The notes beneath the pieces are model-generated. The model had not been told where the DNA came from. It worked only from the letters and a program-made list of their open reading frames with translations, and searched no databases. The position numbers were made by a program, and so were the translations under genes. Below are positions 1 to 11,716 of a DNA stretch of 64,000 nt, in pieces. Every line of letters starts with the position of its first letter. Position 1 is the stretch's first letter. The stretch is from an uncultured Acidobacteriota bacterium (GTDB taxonomy: Bacteria > Acidobacteriota > Blastocatellia > RBC074), in assembly GCA_963796275.1 (NCBI GenBank), contig CAWCKY010000004.1, positions 1,216,001 to 1,280,000 of the forward strand, read 5' to 3'.

Positions 1-1
1 C

Positions 2-2173
2 CATCGCGAACAATTCGGAGCCACATTGGGCGGCCCGATCAGAAAGGACAGGATGTTCTACTTCCTCGCCATTGAGCAGATCACGGGAAATCTGCAGCGC
101 GCCAACCTGAGCGCTCCGATAGGCGATCCCTGCCCCGTCCAATCCCCGACGATCCAGGCAAATGAAGCGATAATCGCAGTCAGCCCGGACTGCCAGAGGC
201 TGGCTCTCATCGATTTCTTCCAGGCGACGCGTAATCAGAACGAAGGAGATCCTGTTCGGCGTCCACTTCATACCAGCGCGGTATTGGGCAAGTGGGACTG
301 GAAGATATCTCCCGCGAACGATCTCGGCTTCTCCTACAATTTCAACCGCTCAAACAAGATCAATGAGACTTTCGATGTGCCCACTTATGGAAATTCGGCC
401 AACGGAATCGAGGGACCATCCCACATTCAGGTCGCCAACCTGAACGTCTTCTCCACCCTCTCACCGACATTGGTGAATGAGTTCCATTTCACGTACGGGC
501 GGGAATCGAGGCCGCGATCTGCGGTGCAGTCCAATGTTCCGGCAGATACTGCCATGGGCGCCAATCCCGCATTCCCGACCTTCCGGTTCGGCAACCCATA
601 CTTCATGCAACCGGGGATTGACGAGCTCTTCTGGCGAACCCAGGTGAGGGACAATATTTCTCTGGTAAAGGGACGACACACGATCAAGTCTGGCTTCGAA
701 TGGATTCACAGCCGCAACTCGCAGGTATTCCGGGGATTCTTCAATGGCAGATACCTGTTCGACAGCGTCGTCGGATTCCTGCATTACGCATCGCCGGCTT
801 CTCTGGGTGCGGGGTTTGGACCCAACGCGGGGCGTTGTGCGAACGGCGCATTCCTCAATCTCGGCACCGCCTGTCCTGATGACGACGGTAGGCCGGCCAC
901 ACCGCCGCCCATGCCGGCCACTCCGCTGATCCTCTACATCCAGGGCGCGGCCCTGACCGGACCGGCGACCGATGCCGCGGGCGCGTCGGACATCAAGAAC
1001 CAGGAGTTCGGCCTCTTCGCTCAGGACAAATGGCAAATCCGGTCGAACTTCACTTTCAACTACGGCCTGCGTTGGGATGCACAGGTATTTCCGGATCCGG
1101 TAGTAGCGCCGGCATTGTCAGCCTATGGGAGATTTCTGAGCGATCCCCGCTTTCCGTCCGACGGCATTCTGCCGAATCAATGGAAGATGTTTCAGCCGCG
1201 CGTGGGTTTCTCGTGGGACATCGCGAGCAACGGAAAATCGATCCTGCGCGCAAGCTGGGGAATCTACTATGCGCGACAAAATATGCTGTCACAGGTCGGT
1301 TCAATCACCACCAATGGCGTCCAGCAACAGACCATCAATGGGGGCGGAACTACGGGAATTTTACCGACATGGCCCAATATTGCACCGGTGATTCCAGTGG
1401 CACCGGGGACATTTCCGCTACTCAGCGGCGTTCGCGTCTTCAGCCGCGATTACGAAAACCCTCGAATCTACACGACCAACGTCGCTTTCGAGCAGCAGAT
1501 CGCGCGCGATTTCTTGTTCTACCTCGACTTGACGCATTCGAAAGGCGTCCATCTGACGCGATTCCTGAATATCAACCGCAATAACTTCTTCAATCCACAG
1601 CTCGGCGAAGTGATGGTGACGAGCAGCGTCGGCAAGGGACTCTATCGCGGCGCAACTTTCGGGGTGCGAAAGCGACTGAGCAGCAGGTTCCAATTCGAAG
1701 GCAATTACACTTTATCGGACGACCAAGACGACGATTCGAACGAACGCGATCCTTTTACGGATCGGTCCTTCGACATCAACAACCTGCAGTTGGATTACGC
1801 GTACTCAGACCGCGACATCCGGCACAAATTCAATTTCTATCTTTTCTCGGAACTACCGGGGGGATTCCAGGTGACCCCGCGCATACAGGCCCGATCGGCT
1901 CAGCCGATCACACCCGGCGCCAGGACGGCCACAAACCGAAACAGCGCGCGTAAGGACAATCAATTTTTCTCCTTCGACTGGCGCGTGGTGCGACCGATCA
2001 GGTTGAGCGAGCGTTTCACGCTGATGCCGATGGTTGAGATGTTCAACACCACCAACAGCGATAATAACGTCAATCCGCTGACGACCCCGGGGCTGTTCAA
2101 TTTCGACGGGTTTCTGCGGCAAGGCGTGGGCGATCCGCGGCAGTTGCAGTTGGCTATGAAGCTGACGTTTTAA
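2..2173 (+). CDS. TonB-dependent receptor, Oar-like (5' partial)
   Basis: Frame is open from base 2 (HREQFGATLGGPIRKDR). Contains FAQDKWQI...NYGLRWD, FQPRVGFSWD and C-terminal PRQLQLAMKLTF with terminal Phe, typical of acidobacterial TBDRs. Confidence 0.9.
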   Translation, partial: HREQFGATLGGPIRKDRMFYFLAIEQITGNLQRANLSAPIGDPCPVQSPTIQANEAIIAVSPDCQRLALIDFFQATRNQNEGDPVRRPLHTSAVLGKWDWKISPANDLGFSYNFNRSNKINETFDVPTYGNSANGIEGPSHIQVANLNVFSTLSPTLVNEFHFTYGRESRPRSAVQSNVPADTAMGANPAFPTFRFGNPYFMQPGIDELFWRTQVRDNISLVKGRHTIKSGFEWIHSRNSQVFRGFFNGRYLFDSVVGFLHYASPASLGAGFGPNAGRCANGAFLNLGTACPDDDGRPATPPPMPATPLILYIQGAALTGPATDAAGASDIKNQEFGLFAQDKWQIRSNFTFNYGLRWDAQVFPDPVVAPALSAYGRFLSDPRFPSDGILPNQWKMFQPRVGFSWDIASNGKSILRASWGIYYARQNMLSQVGSITTNGVQQQTINGGGTTGILPTWPNIAPVIPVAPGTFPLLSGVRVFSRDYENPRIYTTNVAFEQQIARDFLFYLDLTHSKGVHLTRFLNINRNNFFNPQLGEVMVTSSVGKGLYRGATFGVRKRLSSRFQFEGNYTLSDDQDDDSNERDPFTDRSFDINNLQLDYAYSDRDIRHKFNFYLFSELPGGFQVTPRIQARSAQPITPGARTATNRNSARKDNQFFSFDWRVVRPIRLSERFTLMPMVEMFNTTNSDNNVNPLTTPGLFNFDGFLRQGVGDPRQLQLAMKLTF

Positions 2174-2185
2174 AAAAGGCAAATG

Positions 2186-2280
2186 ATTTTACATTTGTCA
2201 TTTTACAATTAACATTTGTGATTGGGTTCGCCACGCCTCTTCAATGACAAATGTTAATTGTAAAATGACAAATGTAAAAT
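2186..2280. repeat. 39-bp inverted repeat with 7-bp periodic arms between convergent genes
   Basis: ATTTTACATTTGTCATTTTACAATTAACATTTGTGATTG, a 17-nt loop, then its reverse complement with one mismatch. Confidence 0.9.
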
Positions 2281-2282
2281 GT

Positions 2283-3073
2283 TTAGAGCATACGCAGGTG
2301 AAACCCGCCATCAACATTGATGACCTCGCCCGTCGAAAACGGCAGGTCTCCGCGCGCGATGGCTGCCACCGCGCGTCCCACATCCTCGGGCTGACCCCAT
2401 CGCTTGATCGGCCAGGCGCCCTGTTCGACGAGCCTGTCGTACTTTTCTTTTACACCTGCGGTCATATCCGTGGCGATAATACCGGGCCGCACTTCATAAA
2501 CATTGATTCCATACTCGGCCAGCCGCGCCGCGAAGAGCGCCGTCATCATCGACAATCCCGCTTTCGAGATACAGTAATCTCCGCGATTCGTAGAAGCCGT
2601 ATAGGCCGAAACCGAAGAGATCGTGATGATGCGGGGAGGGCCAAAAAAACCCACGTCTCCGTTTCTCATCTGCTCGATCATCTGCTTCGCCACCAGTTGA
2701 GTTAAAAAATACGGGCCTTTCAGGTTGATGCCGATGAGGCGGTCGAACGATTCCTCGCTCGCCTCCAGCAAATCAGCGCGCACCTGAGGAGCCACTCCCG
2801 CATTGTTGACAAGGAGATCGATATGCCCGTAGTTGCTTAAAACGCTCTGCACGAGCATCGCTCGGTCCGAAGACGAAGAGATATCGGCTCGGATCGTGAT
2901 GCCGTCGCCTCCCGCTTCGCGCACCAGCCGTAGGCATTCATCGGCCGCGCTCGAATTACCGGCATAATTGATGATGACCGCATGCCCCAGCTTCGCCAGT
3001 TCGAGGGCAACACCTCGTCCGATGCCGCGGCCAGCCCCGTCACTAATGAAACCGGTTTACTGCTCACTGTCAT
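2283..3073 (-). pseudogene. SDR family oxidoreductase (3-ketoacyl-ACP reductase-like), frameshifted at about 3036-3039
   Basis: N-terminus [13 protein letters not shown] continues as (A)[14 protein letters not shown] only if one G is added to a G run. The rest has NNAG, YCISK and VDGG motifs. Confidence 0.85.
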
Positions 3074-4458
3074 TTTCCTTCACTGATGCAGATCAGATGC
3101 GTCTTGCTGCGCAGAACCAGATCGCCGTCCGCAATGATCGGCGATGAGATGAACATCTGATCTTCGAAAGTATTGGTCGCCACCGTCTCAAACTGCTCGC
3201 CCATCTTTACGACAGTCACCACGCCGCTTTCGCTGGCCAGATAGAGCTTGTCGCCTGCGCCCACCGGCGAAGCCTTGAAACTGTCCGCCTGCGGGAGACG
3301 CTTCTGCTGATAATAAGGCACTCCCGTCGTGGCGTTATAACAACTGAGCGTACCGTTGTCTGTGAGCGTGTAATACTTATTGTCGTTAAGCAACGGCGAT
3401 GGCGTATATGATGTGCCGCGCGTATGGCTCCATAAAACGGCGTCAGTCCCTGTCAGATCGCCTTCACGCCCCAGGCGAACTGCCATCAGCTTCGGTTCGC
3501 GGTGGCCGCTCATAACCAGCACCGTGTCGTTGTGTTGGATCGGTTGTGGTATGACATTGCTGCCCAGTCCCGCGCACTCCCAGATAACTTTTCCATCTTC
3601 GGGATTGTATGCCCGCACTTTTTTGCTCGCGCTGATGATGACCTGCTTTTTCCCCTTGTGATCTATCACCAGCGGAGTAGCCCACGAGCTCAGCTCATCG
3701 CGTTTGACGCGCCATACCTCCTTGCCATTGCGTTTGTCGAGTGCGATAGCGAACGAATCGGTCTCCTGATCGAAGTTGTGGATGAGCAGATTGTTATAAA
3801 GCGCCGGAGCTGACCCTTCGCCGAATTGCAGTCGCATACGCAACTGAACGCCAATATCCTTTTTCCAGATAAGCTTCCCATTCAAGTCGTAACAGTAAAT
3901 TCCACGCGATCCGAAAGAGGCATAAAGGAATTTTCCGTCCGTCACCGGCGAATATGAAGCGAAGCTGCCGTAGGTTCGATGATACCCCTCGTGCGGCGTG
4001 GCGACTGTGGCGACGCGTTCCCATATTACTTTACCGGTCTTGCGATCGAGGCACATGACGATGAATTTTTGCTCCTCGTCAGAACCAGCGCCGCTGTTAG
4101 GATTCCCGCGACGTCCTTGCCGCCGCTCGCCCCCTTGTGCTCCCGCTTGTCCAGCCGATCCTTCCGAATCGGTAGTTTCAGCATTCGCGACCTTGCCGGT
4201 TGGGACCGCCGTCGTCAGATAGATCCGATCTTCCCAGATCACCGGTGTCGAAAACCCTCGCCCCGGGATATCGACTTTCCATCTGACATTCTTGGCGTCG
4301 CCAAATTCGACCGGCGCACTGGAACGCGCCATCCCGGTGAAGAATGGGCCGCGCCATTGCGGCCAATGTGCGGGATCAATCTTTGAAGAGCTGGCGACTA
4401 ATTTGCTTCCTGCAAGCGCCAAGGCAAACATCACAACAATGACAAACGATCTTCTCAT
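3070..4458 (-). CDS. PQQ-binding-like beta-propeller repeat protein (BamB-like), secreted
   Basis: Signal peptide, WPQWRGP, STPVIW, repeated ALDKxxGKxxW blades. Start placed at MRRSF after GGAG. Confidence 0.85.
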   Translation of the reverse strand: MRRSFVIVVMFALALAGSKLVASSSKIDPAHWPQWRGPFFTGMARSSAPVEFGDAKNVRWKVDIPGRGFSTPVIWEDRIYLTTAVPTGKVANAETTDSEGSAGQAGAQGGERRQGRRGNPNSGAGSDEEQKFIVMCLDRKTGKVIWERVATVATPHEGYHRTYGSFASYSPVTDGKFLYASFGSRGIYCYDLNGKLIWKKDIGVQLRMRLQFGEGSAPALYNNLLIHNFDQETDSFAIALDKRNGKEVWRVKRDELSSWATPLVIDHKGKKQVIISASKKVRAYNPEDGKVIWECAGLGSNVIPQPIQHNDTVLVMSGHREPKLMAVRLGREGDLTGTDAVLWSHTRGTSYTPSPLLNDNKYYTLTDNGTLSCYNATTGVPYYQQKRLPQADSFKASPVGAGDKLYLASESGVVTVVKMGEQFETVATNTFEDQMFISSPIIADGDLVLRSKTHLICISEGK

Positions 4459-4805
4459 TTCTAGGGTCTCCCTGGAATATACCGCCAACAGAACGCGGCG
4501 GAAATTAAGAATACAGCCTATCAAGTAGGGGCTGTTATATCAAAATACCGTAAAAAATGGTGGACGGATTCAAGAAAATGAGATGAAGTTGGATTGGAGG
4601 GGCGGAGTGAGGGAAATCAAAAGGCAAAAGTGGGGAAGTTACGCCACATTCAACCGTGGAAGGCCGTTTATCGGGTTGGAAAGAGTCTACGCTAAACGAA
4701 AATAAACTAAACCAACGAAAAATCGCCGTTATTTTTGTTTTTTCATGTTCATTTTTGCGAGCGCTCCCCTCACCTTTGCCTATTGTTTTTGGCCTACTCC
4801 CCGAT

Positions 4806-5867
4806 CTACGGTTTAGCCTCATAGATTAAATTGAACGGCGTTTCCGTCGCTCTACGGAAGCGTTTGAAACCGCCCGAGGTAACGACTTCGCGCATTCGCG
4901 CCTCGCCTGCCTGCGCTCCCAATGCCAGTCCGACTTCCTGTGAGAGGGAAGCGGGAGTGCAGATCAGCGTCGAGGCGGAATAGAAAGCCCGTCCTATCGA
5001 ATTCAGGTTGTCCTTGACCTGATCGTGAGCGAATGGCTCAACAATCATCCACGTGCCGTCAGGCGCCAGCGATCCTCGGACGTGAGCCGCCGCGCCCGAC
5101 GGATCGCCCATATCGTGAAGACAATCGAAGAAAGTGACAAAATCGTAGCCGGTTCCGGGATAATCTTTCGCTTTTGCGACCTCAAATTTCACCCGATTGG
5201 CGACGCCCCCCTCGCTGGCTCTCTTACGCGCCGTCTCGATGGACTCGTCGTGATAATCGAATCCGATGAAAGTCGACTCGGGGAATGCCTGAGCCATCAG
5301 GATCGTCGAAGTGCCGAGCCCACAGCCGACATCGGCTACTTTCGCGCCCGTTTTGAGTTTTGCCTCAACCCCGTCCAGCGCGGGAATCCACGAGTTCACC
5401 AGGTAGGCCGCATACCCTGGGCGGAAGAAGAGCTCGGTCCCGCGAAAAAGACGGCGGTAATGTTAATGCCATCCTAACCCTTCGCCGGTACGAAACCTTT
5501 CCGTAAGCTTGGGCACAGCTCCAAGCGCTGCTACAGCCACGAGAAAAGCTCCCGGTATATATGCCGGGCTCATCTCATCTCCCAAAGCGAACGCTTGCTC
5601 TTCGGAAAGATAGTAGCGCTGAGTATCAGAGTCATATTCGATGTAGCCGCCTGCCGCCTGGGCACAGAGCCACTCGCGAATGTAACGTTCGTTTGTGCCA
5701 GTGAGCTGCGCCAACTCGGCTGATGAGAGGTGCCTTCCGGCATCGGCCATTGCTTTGTAAAGACCGAGACTCTCTCCAATAACCACCAGGCCGGCGTGAA
5801 AGGTAGCGCCGAAATCAGAGATAAACTTACCCATCAATTGATTTAACTTCTCTTCGTTTATGGCCAT
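4806..5867 (-). pseudogene. Class I SAM-dependent methyltransferase with N-terminal wHTH (Rv2258c-like), in-frame TAA at 5463-5465
   Basis: Two ORFs in the same frame read GLGWH*HYRRLFRGTELFFRPGY. Contains VADVGCGLG and FFDCLHDMGDP. AAGGAG RBS precedes 5867. Confidence 0.85.
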
Positions 5868-5926
5868 GATAAAACTCCTTAAAATATAGTCGGGAGTGTC
5901 GCCTTCAGCAAAAAGCAGGCCGCCGA

Positions 5927-7696
5927 CTAATTGATTTGCTCTATCACCGATGGCGTTCCACCAAGTCTGGCTATCATATGCTCGGCTCTCCATTCGGCCA
6001 GCGCCGAAATAGTCATAAATGGATTGACGCCGAGCGAGGTGGGTATGGTCGAACCGTCGGTGATATATACGCCGTCGTGCAGGTTTCCCAGAGCATCGTA
6101 AACTTGTCCGAAATGGTTGACGACGCCCGTCGTCTGGCTATCGCTCATCACGCAGCCTCCCAACGGATGCGCGGTAACCAGCGTCTTGAATGGCGTGAAC
6201 CCCCAGAGCGGGTTATTTATGTAAGTCCCCCCCAAAGCCTCGGTGTGCTGCAGTAGCCCGGTGTTCATCTGCTCGAAGATGGCTTGCTTACCAACACCGG
6301 GCCATTTTATACGCGCTTCGTCGGTGAGCGGATCTAGTTCGATCACTCCCCCGTGATCGTCGTGCCCATTTACCAGATAAGCGAGCGAGTGATTGCCGGC
6401 GCCTTTCTCCAGGTCGGAACTTCCGACCAGGTCTAGCAGCCGCCTCCCCGCCTCCGAGATGTTATCGAAGAAATTGTTCGGATCAGTATCCTTGCCTATC
6501 ATAAAAGCCAGAGCGGTCCGCACCGCATTGACGTACATCAGCGGTAGCGAAAATTCTTCGGCTTTGTATCGCTCACGCAGCGGTTTATGAGTATTGTATC
6601 TGACCCTGGAGACGATGGATGGTCCCGGGTGAAGCAATTGTCCGGGGCCGGGCTGCAACCGGCGGGCGCGATCGCTGTCGGGATGAGCGCCCCATCCCAG
6701 CGCATCAGTGCGAAGATCGGTGTTGTACGCGAGTGCGAAGAAATCTCCGTTACCGCCGAAGCCTACGCCCAGGCTATCGGGCAAGCTGAGCCCTGCGCGC
6801 CGCGAACGCAACATGATGCCGTTGGAGCCGAGCGTGCCGGCGGCGACAACGACCAGGCGTTTGGCATTAAGTGTTCCGGCTTCCTCCTTTCCGAACGAAC
6901 TCTCGCGCCGCAAATAATGGATCGAATAACCGCCATTCGCATCAGGGGTGAGATGCCGGACCTCAACCTGAGTGAAGATATCCACGCCTCCCCAATTGGC
7001 GATCGCCAGGTAATTGGTATCCAGCGTGTTTTTGGCGCCGACATTGCAACCGCTCGCGCAGTCACCGCAATTGATGCATCTGCGCTGCTGAACCCCCCAG
7101 TTGTTAAGTCCGTCGAATTGAAAATTTACCGTAATATCGTGAAGATCGAACTGCGCGCCGGTGACTCCCTGCGCGCCCCTCTGTAGGGCTTTGGCTTTAC
7201 TGAGCTGCATCCCATTCGGATGTTTGGCGGCAAATAGCGTCGCGTGTGCGCGATCGTAGTACGGCGCGAGCTGACTGTTTTGACTGAGTGTGCGAACAGC
7301 ATCTGGCCAGGGCGATTGTTCGAAGACCTCGCTGTCCGGTCGAATGGCGCAATTGGCGTTAACCAGCGATGTGCCGCCGAGGCCCGATCCGGCGAGCACG
7401 CCGATGTCTGCGCCGAAAGTGTTGTCGTAGAGCCCAAGCGAATTGAACGGGGATCGCGTCTCGTGAAGCCCGCGTTCCAGATTATCCGGGAATTGTCCCG
7501 GGAGCCATTCTTTACCACGCTCGAGCAGTACAATCGACGGTTTTTCATTAGCGGGCCACTGAGCAGTCGCGAGTCGCGCAGCGATAACCGCCCCGCCGTA
7601 CCCGGAGCCGATGATGACCACATCATAGCCATCCGGACGTCTTTGATTCCAATCTTTTGCCAAGGGAGTTCTGTTGACGGTATACATTTGAGGCAT
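5927..7696 (-). CDS. GMC family oxidoreductase (cholesterol oxidase-like)
   Basis: IIGSGYGG FAD motif, LGGTSLVNAN, CINCGDCASGC, TAHPLGG, GVNPFMTISALAE. Confidence 0.85.
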   Translation of the reverse strand: MPQMYTVNRTPLAKDWNQRRPDGYDVVIIGSGYGGAVIAARLATAQWPANEKPSIVLLERGKEWLPGQFPDNLERGLHETRSPFNSLGLYDNTFGADIGVLAGSGLGGTSLVNANCAIRPDSEVFEQSPWPDAVRTLSQNSQLAPYYDRAHATLFAAKHPNGMQLSKAKALQRGAQGVTGAQFDLHDITVNFQFDGLNNWGVQQRRCINCGDCASGCNVGAKNTLDTNYLAIANWGGVDIFTQVEVRHLTPDANGGYSIHYLRRESSFGKEEAGTLNAKRLVVVAAGTLGSNGIMLRSRRAGLSLPDSLGVGFGGNGDFFALAYNTDLRTDALGWGAHPDSDRARRLQPGPGQLLHPGPSIVSRVRYNTHKPLRERYKAEEFSLPLMYVNAVRTALAFMIGKDTDPNNFFDNISEAGRRLLDLVGSSDLEKGAGNHSLAYLVNGHDDHGGVIELDPLTDEARIKWPGVGKQAIFEQMNTGLLQHTEALGGTYINNPLWGFTPFKTLVTAHPLGGCVMSDSQTTGVVNHFGQVYDALGNLHDGVYITDGSTIPTSLGVNPFMTISALAEWRAEHMIARLGGTPSVIEQIN

Positions 7697-7878
7697 GTCA
7701 GGCTTCTCCAATCGTTGGGAAATTAGATATTTTCGAGCTGAGCGGCCGTGTTTATGGCTGAGGCAGTCTATTCCCCCTCGTTGAGAGATGCAAGAGAAGA
7801 CTTTGAGGCGGTTGGAGAAGGAGAGAACCCCAATGGTTATAGGCCATATGCCCGCTTTCGTCTCCTCTACTGTAGCCT

Positions 7879-8430
7879 TCAGAACTCCGCTTCAAGTATC
7901 TCATCACAGACATCGGCCATCGTGCAGCGGGCGCAACGCGTTGGCTGATTGTGACTGCGGCGAGCGCTTCCTTTAATCAGGAGTTTTCTCATTCGGTCAA
8001 CTACATCGATAAGTCTCACGCGCAGCTCATCTGAATTGTCGACCTGTAGCGTTCGGTCACGGTATCGAATCAGACCGTAGGGCGGAATGCAATCGAGGGC
8101 ATCTTCGACCAGAAGAAAATAGGCCGCCAACTGCATGAGATGAGAATCGTACGGCTCGCCTCCGGCCGGCGCATAACTCGATTTAACCTCGACCGGGATG
8201 AGATTGCCGCTACGATCCTTCAGCAAATAATCGGGCTTGCCGCGAATGTTTAGTTGTTTTGCGTGCAACACATCCCGACCCAGCCCGGAGGTATCGTCAT
8301 AAATCAAATCTCCTGCCGGTAACCCGCCTCGCCTCCTGATATAACGTGAAAGCCCGAGCAACAGGGTCCCCAAGCCAAAGAGAAGAAAAATAGCTAAAAA
8401 AAGTTTCGCCTCGATGTTCATCAAAGTCAT
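7879..8430 (-). CDS. Cas4-family PD-(D/E)xK nuclease, C-terminal part with N-terminal TM helix
   Basis: Hydrophobic N-terminus followed by RRR; GKPDY, PVEVKS, QLAAY; C-terminal CARC-x5-C. Confidence 0.8.
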   Translation of the reverse strand: MTLMNIEAKLFLAIFLLFGLGTLLLGLSRYIRRRGGLPAGDLIYDDTSGLGRDVLHAKQLNIRGKPDYLLKDRSGNLIPVEVKSSYAPAGGEPYDSHLMQLAAYFLLVEDALDCIPPYGLIRYRDRTLQVDNSDELRVRLIDVVDRMRKLLIKGSARRSHNQPTRCARCTMADVCDEILEAEF

Positions 8431-8708
8431 TCAGCGCTCCCGAATAATTGGGAGAAAATGATCAAAATCAGAAGCAGCATCAATGCGGTGAGTGCGAGCG
8501 ACTTCCCTATTCGATCCAGACGTTCGGCGAGTGAAATTCCGGCACCGTGCTTGTGATGAAATACAATGCCTTCATCCAAAGACTCAGACTGCGACTCGGC
8601 GCCGCAGCGCTGGAGGTGCCACGCTTTTGCGCAGTAAACGAATGCGCCGATCTCTGATGCCGTAATGATCGGGTGCCGCTCTATATCTCGCATTTTCTTT
8701 CTCTCCAT
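8427..8708 (-). CDS. Cas4 N-terminal segment-like protein with C-terminal TM helix
   Basis: ITASEIGAFVYCAKAW...EGIVFH resembles the Cas4 N-terminal Cys and G-x3-H motif. Ends in LALTALMLLLILIIF. ATGA overlap with the next gene. Confidence 0.7.
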   Translation of the reverse strand: MERKKMRDIERHPIITASEIGAFVYCAKAWHLQRCGAESQSESLDEGIVFHHKHGAGISLAERLDRIGKSLALTALMLLLILIIFSQLFGSAE

Positions 8709-8797
8709 TTTCTTTCTCTGTTGAATGTGTTTCTATATAGGGTTATTTCCATCAAGCAGATAGAGGAGTCGATGCTCGGAAAAACTGAGGGTTTCCC

Positions 8798-8859
8798 GTA
8801 TTCAGTTTTCAGTCGCCGATCGAGCCCCCGCTGAAAACTAAGCCTGAAAACTGAAAACA
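8798..8859. repeat. Heptamer (CAGTTTT/AAAACTG) inverted repeat
   Basis: GTATTCAGTTTTCAG ... CTGAAAACTAAGCCTGAAAACTGAAAAC. Confidence 0.6.
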
Positions 8860-8881
8860 ATTCCCGAGGAAAAATCAACAT

Positions 8882-9436
8882 ATGGTAACTGACAGCCAGC
8901 TCGCGCAAATAATGCCAAAACTACCGGTTGAAAAACGTGCCCTCTACATACCATTCCTGAATAAGGCGATGGATACTTATGAAATCAATAATCGCTTGCG
9001 TAAAGCGGCATTTCTGGCGCAGGTAGCCCATGAATCAGGCGAACTCAGATACCTGGAAGAGATCTGGGTGCCGACCGAGGCGCAGACACTTTACGAACCG
9101 GAGAGCGAGCTGGCAAGGATTCTGGGCAATACTGAACCGGGTGATGGTCAAAGATTCAAGGGACGCGGCGCAATTCAGATCACCGGGCGGTCCAATTATG
9201 CAAAATACGGTGAGATGTTGGGCATCGACCTGATAACCAACCCGGCGATCGCCACGACGCCGCAGATCGCAGTGTCAACGGCCGCCGCATTCTGGCAGAC
9301 GAATGGCTTGAATGAGCTGGCAGATATCGAAGATTTCGGGGAGATTACCAGGATCATCAATGGCGGTCTGAATGGATATGAAGAGCGTTGTAAATACTAC
9401 CAACGCGCGATGGATGTATTCGGGAACAGGGGTTGA
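8882..9436 (+). CDS. Glycoside hydrolase family 19 (chitinase/endolysin-like)
   Basis: FLAQVAHESG, FKGRGAIQITGRSNY, TRIINGGLNG. Confidence 0.85.
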   Translation: MVTDSQLAQIMPKLPVEKRALYIPFLNKAMDTYEINNRLRKAAFLAQVAHESGELRYLEEIWVPTEAQTLYEPESELARILGNTEPGDGQRFKGRGAIQITGRSNYAKYGEMLGIDLITNPAIATTPQIAVSTAAAFWQTNGLNELADIEDFGEITRIINGGLNGYEERCKYYQRAMDVFGNRG

Positions 9437-9524
9437 TCTCGTGTGTCCGAGGCTGGAGGCACCAGATCGGACTCCGGAAACCAATTTCCCGAACTCGGAT
9501 ATCCCCGAATCCGAACAATTTTGA

Positions 9525-11207
<1,683 letters not shown>

Positions 11208-11266
11208 ATGCAAGAATTTTAGGAAGTGATTTTTTGCGCAGACGCGAAGAAGTGTAAGACAGAAGA

Positions 11267-11310
11267 AAATTTGAAATTTTAGATTTGAAATTTTATATTT
11301 TAGATTTTAG
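11267..11310. repeat. Single-arm heptamer tandem repeat
   Basis: AATTTGA AATTTTA GATTTGA AATTTTA TATTTTA GATTTTA. Confidence 0.75.
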
Positions 11311-11344
11311 GAGATAAACATAAAACCCAAAGCTTTTCGGTTTT

Positions 11345-11716
11345 CGCCGGACACGCAACGGAAGTTAGCCAGCCGTGAAAGCGTCACTCGTATCGACATA
11401 ACTCAATTCCCCGATGGCAGAGTTTATGAATAATGATCGGCATCTGCTAGCTCGGTTTTACCGGGCTTTCCCGCAGGGCCACTAGACCAGCCGTTTGACG
11501 GCTGGTAGCTCGCAGGATGCATCCTTAGCCCGTTTCAACGGGCTTGTTCCTCAGGCTTTAGCCATCTCTAGGTCACTGGGCTTAAGCCAGAACAGTAAGA
11601 ACGCTAAAGCGCCCTCAGAATCACGCTGCCCGAAACACCAGTCCTCAAAGGACTGGACTAATTGCCCTGCGGGAAAGCCGGATGAATCCGGCTGAGGGGA
11701 TGCAATCATTATTTAC
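11345..11716. repeat. REP/BIME-like palindrome cluster
   Basis: Imperfect inverted pair GCCCTGCGGGAAAGCC(C)GG..AA.CCG.GCT...ATCATTATT at about 11426-11481 and 11664-11714. It encloses hairpins CCAGCCGTTTGACGGCTGG, AGCCCGTTTCAACGGGCT and CCAGTCCTCAAAGGACTGG. Confidence 0.7.

Noticed and set aside
5463-5465. Selenocysteine/pyrrolysine or programmed readthrough
   Set aside because: The codon is TAA, and it falls at a position expected to be Glu.
8882-9436. Prophage around GH19 and Cas4
   Set aside because: No integrase, holin, structural or replication genes are nearby.
11385-11420. RAYT transposase C-terminal remnant (HRGIELCRY on the minus strand)
   Set aside because: Too short to distinguish from chance.
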